Assembly (NCBI GenBank): GCA_013265495.1
Contig: MU061560.1
Coordinates: forward strand, 1,054,001-1,118,000
Source: Vicugna vicugna
Taxonomy: Eukaryota
DNA length: 64,000 bases
Direction: 5' to 3'
Part shown: piece after piece, positions 53,731 to 64,000 of the stretch
Layout of the letters: every line of letters begins with the position of its first letter
How positions within the stretch are numbered: position 1 is the stretch's first letter
Made by a program: the position numbers and the translations under genes
The notes under the pieces: model-generated
The model's database searches: none
The model's input: only the letters and a program-made list of their open reading frames with translations
What the model was told of the DNA's origin: nothing

Positions 53731-54505
53731 ACTACTATTTATTTGTTTAATTTAACAAATGCTTACTGACCTCCCTACTCTGCCCTTATCGTTTCTTGCT
53801 TCCACAGAGCTGGGCCAGAGTTCACCTGTTAAGTTATAAATAACCCTCTACAACTGAGGTGACTTAAATGGAGGGACTAAAGAGAATGATGTGGTTTAAC
53901 TACTTTATCAAAGTTAGCACAAGAGAAATTTCCTTCAAGAATGTCTTTAAGAAACGTCAAGAAGTGTTCATTTACTCTATTATTTCTTTCAGTCCCTACT
54001 GTTGTCCAAATTTTTCATGAGAAAAGTGTTAAGAATACAAATGCAAATGGTGGTTTTGGAAACTTGTTATTTCTCTGCAGATCAGGTGAAGGAGATGAAT
54101 TTGGTCTAAATATGTCTTCATGTGGCTCTTACTGGTAGATTAATGCAAGTTTAAGCTGAATGGCTCAAAGTCCAAGGATCTTCCCTTAATAAGCAATTGA
54201 CTAGCTGGAAGTAGGGAAGTGTATGGTAAATGATTTATTTTTGAGAAAGAATGACATCAGCAGAGAAAGAAATAAAAAGAGAACCAAGTTCAAAGTCAAT
54301 CAATTTGATGATACCTTTAAAAAAAGTCACAATGGTAAATTAAAGAGGTGTTTGGAGCACGTCATTTGGTAATCTTTTTCTCCTTCTATAGTATCCCACG
54401 ACAGACAAATGAACTCAATACTTCAACAGCGATATAGAATTTTGGCTAGGTACAGTATTTTCTTTGGGAATATACTCTTGACCCACTAGCCAATTGTGTT
54501 CATAC

Positions 54506-54626
54506 CTGACGAACCAGTGATATCCATGGCCTTCAGATTTCTGCACTTGATGACTGTCAATGTCATACGTCCAGCAGTTGGCAAATAACAAAGGGAAAAC
54601 ATGATTTCACCCAGGTCTATACTGTC
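54506..54626 (-). CDS. SYT10: Synaptotagmin-10 internal coding exon, start of C2B domain (121 bp)
   Basis: Minus strand reads ctag|GACAGT...TCGTCAG|gtatg and translates [40 protein letters not shown] plus 1 nt. The phase matches the next exon. Confidence 0.96.
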
Positions 54627-54782
54627 CTAGAAAGACAATCAGTCATGTTAGCAATTTCAAATACCAGATGGTGAAAACAAAATATAATTGGTGAAAAATC
54701 ACTTTAATGGAGTATTTGAGTGTCATTCTAAATTGTTTCTAATTGAGAATACAGATTACATTGCAAAAAAAGTGTAGTAAAA

Positions 54783-54890
54783 AGGGGAAGAAGAAAGTCA
54801 AGATGGTGGAGTGGTAGGACCACGAGCTCGCCTCTCCTCGCGACTACAACAAACCATCGAAAAAAAGACTGGAACCTAGCAAAAAAGATC
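54783..54890 (+). mobile_element. Isolated LINE-1 5' terminus
   Basis: gtcaagatggtggagtggtaggaccacgagctcgcctctcc...aaccatcgaaaaaaagactggaacctagcaaaaaagat matches the start of an artiodactyl-type L1 5' UTR as recalled. Confidence 0.75.
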
Positions 54891-55159
54891 AATGCCTGCA
54901 GAGCTGGTGGACAAATGAAAACGAGCATGAACAATTTAGGATCCTTCTCAAAGAGTTGTTTACAGGATTTAATCAAATTATCCCTGGAAAGACAATCTGT
55001 GGTAGATTTAATATGGCGGGAAATAAATTGCTCTGCATCCAGGTCCATAGAATTAGGTTCTTAAAAGTTCTTCATGAACTATTAACCTTTGTTGGACGTA
55101 TTCTTATAGCTCAGGTTCTGATTTATGTAATTCCCATTTCTTTATTCATGGTCTAGAAG

Positions 55160-55400
55160 TAGCAGGGCCTAGTAATTAAGAACATAAATTTTAAAGTCAG
55201 TTAAACTTGAGTTGACTCCTGTTCGCTACTTCTTAGCTGTGAGATCCTAGGAAACTTAATTAAGCTTTGAATATCTGAAACTTCATTTTCAGGTTGAGGA
55301 AAATGCCACTCAAAGGGGTTTTAAGTCATTAATTGAGATAATGTAAATAAAGCCCCAGCTATTTAACACAGTGTCTGGCATATGATAAAGCACGTTATTT
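55160..55400 (+). mobile_element. MIR SINE
   Basis: ctacttcttagctgtgagatcc...aattgagataatgtaaataaagc...cacagtgtctggcatatgataa. Confidence 0.7.
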
Positions 55401-58400
55401 TCTCATTGCTATATTGCCGTCCCATGGAGCAGTACTTAACACAGATCAGGTGTTCAGAAACACTGGATAAGTAAGAAAAAATTAATAAAGAAGAGCAATT
55501 TTTTGAGAAAATTATTAAGAAAGCAATTATGTAAAAATATATCCAAATGGGTCTCCTCTGGGCTGCTGGATTACTGCAGATCCAAAATAGTGAGCAAGAG
55601 CTAAAAGGAGAGGGTTGGGGGAAAACAGGAAGTGTACACCCTCTTACTGGGACTCATTCTTTCCACCACAAGGCAATTACTGAGCCTCAGATGTTAGATG
55701 CACTGGAAGATGCTGCACAAACCAAAATAGAAACGGTATGACTCTGCCCTTGAAGATCCTGGTTGAGGAGGAAGAGAGAGGGCTATAAAGAACTACGAAA
55801 ATATGTCTGAATTTTATTTTTATCTGATGCTTCTCTGTTTCTCTTTCTCTCTCTTTTTCCAAGTGTTTCTTCAGGCTCAGTCAATGGGCTGAAGCTCTCC
55901 CTCTGGGAGCCACCCTTCTTCCCCTCACTGGACATCTCCCCTTCCTGGAACTATCAATCAGAGTAGGCATATTGTGTTGTAAGCTAGTAAAACTTAAGGA
56001 ATCCCTCTATAATTCTAGAACAAGATACCAAGGACCACCAAGGAACGTGGCGGGGGTGGGGACAGAGAAGCTAGGAAACAAACAGGAGACACGGTCTCCG
56101 AGATGAAATGCTTAGACTTCAACATGAAAGGTACCACGTACAAGCAAAACAAACATACACAGAGACATCCCAAGGATTAGTAAACGAGACCTCTCCACAT
56201 GTTTGACTGATACGGTTTTATTGTTACACATTATGCAACCTATAGAAGTAATTTTTCTATTTCTCTAGATTTATCATGTGCTTACTGGCTGGAACAAAGA
56301 CAGTTTGCTGTGTTTGGGCCCATCTCTCAAAGATCCTTTCTCTGAATCCAGCTACAACATCGTTTTGATTGTTAACAAGTACTGGCAAATATAAAGAGGT
56401 TAAATTGAGGAGTGAGCAAAGAACTAGCCCAGATAAACTGAAAGCAAAGAGCATGATTAAAGGATGTCCCTGAGCAGCTCTGTGTGACAAGATAGTTTGC
56501 TTTTTAGTAGTAAGAAATCTACTTAAATATTTAAGTTCCAAGTAGTCAGGAGTTTTAAGGAAACTGAAATGAACTGGGTGGAGAAGACGAATGTATAGTA
56601 TGCATGCATGATAACTGCACAAAAGTTTGGTTTTCCAGTAGACTAAATTTTTCCTTCAGGAAGTACAAATGTGAAAGAACTAAAATGGCCTACCTATGGA
56701 AAAGGGCAAAATACTCTTTAAGGTAAATATTCTTCAATATTCTTCAACTTTTTAGCTATGAAAGCAATGTAAGAGATAATTAGGGGAAATAAACTCAAAG
56801 AAGGTAAATGGGTGTGTGACCTTTAAAAAGGTCCTGTAGCAAATGTAACATCAGAACTCTAGACTTTGGCTACAGTTCTCTGAACTACGGTGCGCACTGG
56901 TCTCAGCACCCACCACTGAGTGTCCCAGCTCCAGGGAGCAGGCTGAGTTTTAATGGCTGCCTCTTCTCTGCTCGCCCCAGACCACTGAGGTTTGTAAGGC
57001 AGGTCATACTCAGTTTCAACAATCTGAACCTTCTAGTGCCCAGCAAGGAACCAGGAAATAAACCGAAAAGTCTCTAACATACAGCTTATATATAACAAAG
57101 TTATGCAGTAAAATTCCTTTATATAAGGAGAATATATCATCTCTTATTCAACACCCATTTACTATTATTTTAGACAAAATCCTAAGAGTGTTGACTTGGT
57201 ATATCCATCCACCGCAGGTCAAAACTCTCATGTGAAATGTAGAGATGAGGGAACTAGCAGTCCCAGGTTTAGTGAAGGCAGAGATAAATGATAGCTGTAA
57301 AGACACAAGACATATAAAAAAGAAGCAGATATTCTAGAAAGGATAGAAATCTAGAATCATTTTCTCTCGAGGGCACCTAACGCTAATAATGCCCCAGTAA
57401 CTTAAAAACAACATTTTATTACAGACTGGAACAGTAATTAATACTCAAAATGATGACTCAGTCATTAAGCCAGGGAAAATTCTCTTATATGTTTTGTTTA
57501 AGAACATAGAGAGGTGAACACTCTTTTTTAAGAGTTATTTTTATCCAAAATCCTTGAAATTTTTGAAGTGGTAATTTTGGCTTAAACATGAGAAAGATTT
57601 TGAGTTTCTGAAAATTTTATTTATGGATAATCTCATTTACTACAATACTGTGTAAACATGAACTTCCCATGTTAACCTTTGAAAAACTTTTGTGTCTTTG
57701 GGCAAACAACCATTTGAAAGCCTGTAAGTGTAGGATGTCATGTTCCGTGAAATTTCTTTTGGGTAAGAAGACTTTTATTTCATTCTTATACACATCAATT
57801 TATTTGGTGAAACGTTCACAATGACAGTCGTCTAACTCAATACTTGGAAAAGGGTCTTAAGGAAACAAGGAACTCTGACGCTGAGTCAGGGACTGCACAT
57901 TTGGTTTCTTCGACCTGGTTCCACAGACAAGAGATGGGGCAAAAAAGATCATTTTCTGACGACTGGCTATCGTCAACCTCACAAACACGGTCACGGTTAT
58001 AAAGTTTTCTTCTACGTTCTGTCTCTCCAAAATGAAACTAAAAGCCATTGGAAAGATAAAGTGATATACAAATAGTTGCATTACACATTTTATTTCAGGA
58101 CTAACTGAACTAAAACTAAGATCAAGCTATCGCAACTCAGTGTGTGAACATGGAGAGGAGGTAAGCTGGAAGGCTCGATAACTAGTGAGTATAATAACAA
58201 TGGAATCACCCCTGGAGGGAAATAGTCATGACTCTGGGGCTGGAAGGATTAAAGAGATGGGATTTCACAGGGAAGATGAGGAACAATGCTGCATGTGAGG
58301 GCTACGTGTAAAACTCAGAAATAAGAACAGACAAATGTACGTTGAGAAGTACGGAGTTTGGTGACATGATGGAGGAGGTAAGGCTAGATGTAGCTGGTCT

Positions 58401-58469
58401 GGTGACTTGTCTGGGCAATAGGGAGCCAAAGGTTTTGGTAACATGGAACAGCGGGGAGCTTAGAAGAAT

Positions 58470-58670
58470 GGAGAGGGCATGGGTTCAGAAAAACCAGAGT
58501 TAAAATCCTACATCTTCCATGCACTGGTTCCCAAGTACATAGAAAAACCACTTTATCTCCTTGAACTTCAGTTTAATCACAAGTAAAATGGGGATAATGA
58601 CATCTGCCTCACAAGGTCGGTATCATGCATGTTAACGTGCCTGGCGTAAACAGGCACTCAGAAATGATGA
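58470..58670 (+). mobile_element. MIR SINE
   Basis: cttcagttt...gtaaaatggggataatgacatctgcctcacaagg. Confidence 0.7.
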
Positions 58671-59546
58671 TAATGAAAATCATATTTTTTTTTAAAGTTT
58701 CTTTATTTTTAGTAGGCTAGATTAGGATGGAAAAAACCAGAAGGGCCATTGAAGTAAACAGGTGTGCGAAGGTGTTGGCTGAAGGAAGGTTTGAATTCAG
58801 AGATATATTAAGAAGAATCATCAAGACTTATTTTTTTAAAAATCCTTAAACAAACAATTGGTTGCCATGGTGACAGCAGTCATCACAACCACTTAGCACC
58901 CTGAATGCAGCCTGCCTTCCGCATTTCCTGGTTGGTAAGAAACAGATGGTTTTCCTCACATTGTTAAGTGATGTGTTGTGGGATCAAATGAGCTGCTTCT
59001 TTGAGTTAGTACATTACTTCATGAAATGAAGCTACAGTGAAATACAGACCCAAAGTGGGTCTACCGAATCCAACTTATAGTAAAATACTTATTTCTCTCC
59101 GACCTGCACCTCCCATCCACCTGAGAAAATCATGGAATTTAACCTCAAGTATTTAACCCCTTTGACCTCGGTTTCTTTGGTGTAAAATGATGGTATTCAA
59201 AGAGATAAACTAGTTTATTTTCTAGCTCTAAAATTTTGTAGTCTTAGGCACCAGTAAAATAAGGACTAAATAGGATACATAGTTCAGGTATGTTCAGGAA
59301 CGTATGGGCAGGTTCTTTTAGACTTAGACTTTGCTACAGAGCTGGCAAAGCCTCACTGGAAAGACCAGAAAGGTCAACTCGTGTGAATAGCTTGATTTCA
59401 AGTTCGAGAACAGGTGGTCATAAAATATGGCTATTAATGAAATCTCCAGACAGTGTGGCTTAGATGAAGAGGGATACAGCCCTTAAGGCAGACAGCAGAG
59501 GCTTGATTTAGCTGGGGATTCAAGAGAAAAGACTGGGAGTGGGAGG

Positions 59547-59700
59547 CGGGGGGTGGACATAGCTCAAGCGGTAGAGCCCAAGCTTAGCACACACAAGGTC
59601 CTGGGTTCAATCCCCAGTGCCTCCTCTAAAAATAACAAATAAGTAAATCTAATTACCTCCACCACCCCCACGAAAACAAACAAACAAAATTTTTTTAAAA
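59547..59700 (+). mobile_element. tRNA-Ala-derived SINE (vic-1-like), intronic
   Basis: catagctcaagcggtagagc...gggttcaatccccagtgcctcctctaaaaata. Confidence 0.92.
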
Positions 59701-59910
59701 GAGAGAAAATACCACACTAGACAGTAAGTGTGCAATGTCATTTATATTGTCTGCTGTCTCTTCTGAAAATTTCCAGGGGATCGTGTTTCACTCTGATACG
59801 TGTTGGATGCACAGGGCCTACAATAGAGTCCACACTCGTCAACACGACACATGGAATCCCTAACAACCCAGCCCCTAAGTTGTTTCCTACCTTCGTGTTA
59901 CCAATTTCTT

Positions 59911-60049
59911 TAACATTTTTTTTCTGTTGTTGTTGGAGGGGGAGGTAATCAGGTTTATTTATTTATTTTTAGAGGAGGGCTGGGTATTGAACCCAGGACC
60001 GCATGCATGCTAGGCATGCGCTCTGCCACTTGAGCTATACCCGTCCCCT
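59911..60049 (-). mobile_element. tRNA-Ala-derived SINE (vic-1-like), intronic
   Basis: Reverse-strand A and B boxes; perfect 14-bp TSD gttaccaatttctt at 59897-59910 and 60053-60066. Confidence 0.93.
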
Positions 60050-61254
60050 CACGTTACCAATTTCTTGTTAAACTCAGTAAACCCCAAAACTCTGCACTCC
60101 AGCTGTATCAAGTGCCCTGTCAGCCTCTGAACAGTCATCCATTCAGGAGCACGCTTTTGTGTTCTGAGAACATCCAGAACGGCAGACACTACTCTAGTCA
60201 CTGAGGGGACACACCGATGATCAAGACAAAACTTTCCTCCCCGTAGGGCTTATTTGGGATTTTGGACACGTCACATAACCTCTCAGAACATCACATAATT
60301 AATCAGGGGACAAGCTGGAATAAAAACATAGGCCTGCGTATTTTTTAAGTACTTGCTTTTTTGGATCCAGTGTTGTAAGTGCTATGCGGAGGGATTCTCG
60401 GATTTTAGTTACGAGAATAGAGATGAAAAGTACCTGATTCTTCCCGTGAGGATCTAGGAAGCCTTCAGAGGCGGATGACTTTCAATCTGAATCTTGAAGA
60501 ATGACTGATGTGAAGGGAATTAAAAACAGAGGGAGCAGCATATAAAGAAGCTGTGAGGGGAGGCTCTGGAGTGTCGAGCCACGACCAGAAGGTGGACAGA
60601 AACCACTGGCTCTGGCAATGCCACTGGGTAATTTAAATGGCAGCACAGTGGCCTTATTGAAAATGACCCTTTCTCAAGAATACTTCACTCAGATCAACCC
60701 CGTTTTTCTCCGTAGTCAGGATGACATCCATGTTCACGGCTAACAGCAATTACCTGGCCAGGGTGCATTTCAATTTAAAGGGACAGCATACAAAGATAAC
60801 ATGTGTCATGGGCCCAGTTTGCAGCCTGACACATAGCAGATGCTCCAAAAAATACTATTTTTTTTCTTGTTTATAACTGTTTTTCTAGGGTCAGTGACTG
60901 ATCTGAGGTCGATGCTCAGTAAAAAAGTACACTGAATAAATAAATCATACGAGCATCAGGCTAGGTCTTGACTTCAGTGGTAGCAGGGACATCTACCCTT
61001 TGAAGAAGTGAAGACTTTCCAGTAACCAGAGAACAAGTGAGCAGAGGCATTGTTTATGAGAGTTGAAGACTGTCAGCAGAACCCCCTAGAAGTGTGCACG
61101 GGCATGTCCAGTATATGGTGGCCCTCAGGGAACAATAAACACAGTCAGAACACTTGTGAGCCATTTAAAGGTACACTAAGGATTTGGGAAGCTAAAGTCA
61201 CAGGATTCTTATCTAGCAGTTTTACTGAACTCTATTTGTTTATATGTCACTTTA

Positions 61255-61438
61255 TTATTATTTTAATTGAGTTATAGTCAGTTTACAATATTGTGTCAAT
61301 TGCTGGTGCACAGCACAAAGCTTCAGTCATACATGAATACACATGTATTCGTTTTCATATTCTTTTTCACTGTAAGCTACTACAAGATAGTGAATATATT
61401 TCTCTGTGCTATGCAGTATAAACTTGTTTATCTATTTG
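61255..61438 (-). mobile_element. Short LINE-1 3' terminal insertion
   Basis: Perfect 12-bp TSD tatgtcacttta at 61243-61254 and 61439-61450. Confidence 0.9.
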
Positions 61439-61794
61439 TATGTCACTTTAGTGCCATCTGGTATTATGTTCGCTATAATTCCGTAGAACATTGGAATTTC
61501 AGAATTAAATGTATCCCTAAGGTGGACAAAATGCTCTTTTATTTTGTGCACCTAGCCATCTCCTCCACTCAGCCAGCACAAGCAGCCTAGTGACGATGGG
61601 AAGCAAATGGGGAGGGAGAAGCTGTTTGACAGAATACAATTAGGAAATGTAATTAACATTACAACCCTTCTCCAGTTTCTAGCCCACCTTCCTCCTTCTC
61701 CTTCAAAGAATCCCAATTTTCATACAACACTTCCTCCAGGCCCTTCCTCTCCCTCTCAGTGATTCTGATTAAACTAGCTTTCATCACGTTCAAT

Positions 61795-62427
61795 TGTTAG
61801 AGCAGGCAGACAGCCAGATATGAGCAGAGAAAGGGGGACACAGACCAAATGGCAGGGATTGGGCAGAAAGGAGGGGCATGGGCCAAATGCAGAAAAACAT
61901 ACATCATGGAACCACCAGGGGTCCCTGGGCAGAGACAGAAAAGCAGGAACCTTTGGGCTGATAAGTGGCCTGGAGACCAACAAAGAAAGGTCAGAAAAGG
62001 CAGGAGTTTCCAGTGTCCGAATGCAACCTTTTGCTCACTATGCCCTCATATCAATAAAATTAGCCTTGCAGATCAGAAGTACCCATCATGCACGGACGCC
62101 ATGACACCTCCGATCCAGACTAAATAAGGACAAAAACCCTTCCTCCTTTCGGGGAGGTGGAGTTGGGATGATGATCAGGGAATATGACCCCAAACCCTCT
62201 CCTCCCCAATGAATATTCCACCCATTTGGTTTTACACCCTATATAACTAACTTGCCGAAAAAACTGAGGACAGCCGCTCACCTGAGCCTGCCCGCTCTCC
62301 CCTTGAGAGCGTACTGTCCATCCCTTAACAAATCCTCACTTTACTTTTTTAAACACTACGTTTTGTCTCTGAATTCTTTCTGGGACGGGACAAGAACCTA
62401 GAACACCAGTTGCATCCACCGGCAACA
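61795..62427 (+). mobile_element. ERV1-class solo LTR in SYT10 intron, antisense to the gene
   Basis: tgttag...ggcaaca termini, TSD caat/cagt, TATA ctatataa near 62240, polyA signal apparently decayed to aacaaa near 62326. Confidence 0.88.
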
Positions 62428-63329
62428 CAGTGAAGGTTGGGGAAGCAGCAGCCAGAGGTGGGGTTCCATCACAGAACCTAGTTGCCTTTCTGGATTTTTA
62501 CATCACAGTTTCATTACTGATTCTTTCCCACCATCTCCACTTGGAGACAGAGAAGATGCTCACCTGGTGTCCTTCAGCAGGACCTGCTTGTATTTTTATA
62601 AGAAGGAAGGAGTGTATTTTCTATTAAACATATAATATTAAGCACTGTGTTCTTGGCCATGGCACAAAGACAAGGTGAAACTGCTGAAGCCAGGGCAGAA
62701 ATGGGCAGAGAGCATGGCAGTGTCAGAGACGGGACAACTGAAAACCCACTGGGAATTAAGTGGGGCTTAATGGCCACAACCCGGAGCTATTACTGCCAGA
62801 GATGCTGTTTAATAGTGCCTGTGTTTCTTAGTGGGAGAATAATTTTCAGCCCTCATTCCAAGTGGGCAATAACTCTGCTGGGCACGATGGCTTAGTTCTT
62901 ACCTCTCCCTCATAGCTACTCGGAGTCAGGAAGTGTGCGGGTTGTAGAGACAGAAATGAGGCCTTTCCTGGATTTAACAGAGCAAGTCTTCTAACGACCT
63001 ATATTATAAGGACCTTGAAGCAAAGAGGGGATGGCCTGGTGTAGATACTGGGGCAAGAAGAACCTGGGACACAGTAAGAGGATACAAATTTGGTAAGAAC
63101 ACATCCCTTCATCATGCTGGTTAACAGATCTCATGAGCTCCTTGCTAAGACAAACTGGAGACTTATTCTCAAATCTTCATCACCATTTACAGAGAGGGGC
63201 ATAGAAACTTGTGTGGTAAACTGTATACAGCTGTCCGGAGTATCTGATGCTTTTAAACATTACAAAATTCCTAATTGAAGGACTCCCTCTCAGTACTGCT
63301 GCACCTAGACGCTTGAGCTGAATGAACTT

Positions 63330-63800
63330 GGCTTTGCTATTTTAAAGAATAAGACATTGGTTTACTTGGTTTCATTCCCTCCCCTCCGAAGTCTCTTCTC
63401 CACATAGTAGCAAGAAATCTTACTGATAATAAATGAGGCCACAGCTCACTTCTGACCAAAAGCCATGCGTAGTCTCCCGTGCCACTCAGAATAAAATTCA
63501 AAGTTCTTCCCAAGACATGAAGGCTGTGGGTGATCTGGCTCTTTGATCTCATCTCCTAACCTCTCATCCGACCGCCCTGTGAAGAGTGGCCCCACCTCAC
63601 TGCCATTCTGATCCCTCACCTGCCTCCGGTTTCACAGAGCCCTTCCATTCACTGGACACACGACATATTTCTTTGATTATTATCTGTCTCCTTTTTCTAC
63701 AAAGTAGGTCTTATTAAATTGGGAACATTTTATGTCCTATAACATCCAGAAGAGTTTCTGGTAAATAGGAGAACTAGATAGAAATTGGCTGAATTGACAG
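63330..63800 (+). mobile_element. LINE-2 3' remnant
   Basis: ctccacatagtagcaaga...cactcagaataaaattcaaagttctt...gtgatctggctc. Confidence 0.75.
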
Positions 63801-64000
63801 ATTTAAGATCTTTTTTCTATAAGTGGGCACAGCAGGTAACCAGCCTGTTACAAAATGTTCTCTTGGTCATTATTTTTCTCTGGATGAGCAATATGTATCA
63901 TGTTTGCTTCTTGATAAATAATCAGATTATAAACTAAAACATCTGCAATCTACTTGGTACAACAGTCTGGACATAATTTTCTCCTTCTGGTTATCTAAGT

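Overview
Mammalian genomic DNA, probably a camelid: it carries several tRNA-Ala-derived SINEs of the vic-1 type. The only supported gene is the 3' part of synaptotagmin-10 (SYT10) on the minus strand. Four coding exons (54506-54626, 51282-51453, 48808-48937, 46070-46141) splice in frame with GT-AG sites and encode the C2B domain and C-terminal tail. The upstream exons lie beyond the right edge of the window. A repeat-poor stretch of about 6 kb follows the stop codon and may be a long 3' UTR. Positions 1-39 kb are intergenic and dominated by LINE-1, LINE-2, MIR, MaLR and ERV1 solo LTRs. Nearly all entries in the ORF track are repeat-derived or chance ORFs. I found no convincing previously undescribed biological system. 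The best leads are a solo LTR with a phased CCAAT array plus octamer sites, two twin-primed (5'-inverted) L1s, two L1 fragments lacking a 3' end, an inverted intronic SINE pair, a TALE-homeodomain palindrome, and an unidentified pseudogene-like segment near 0.75-1.76 kb. Repeat family names come from recall of consensus sequences, and repeat boundaries without target-site duplications (TSDs) are approximate.
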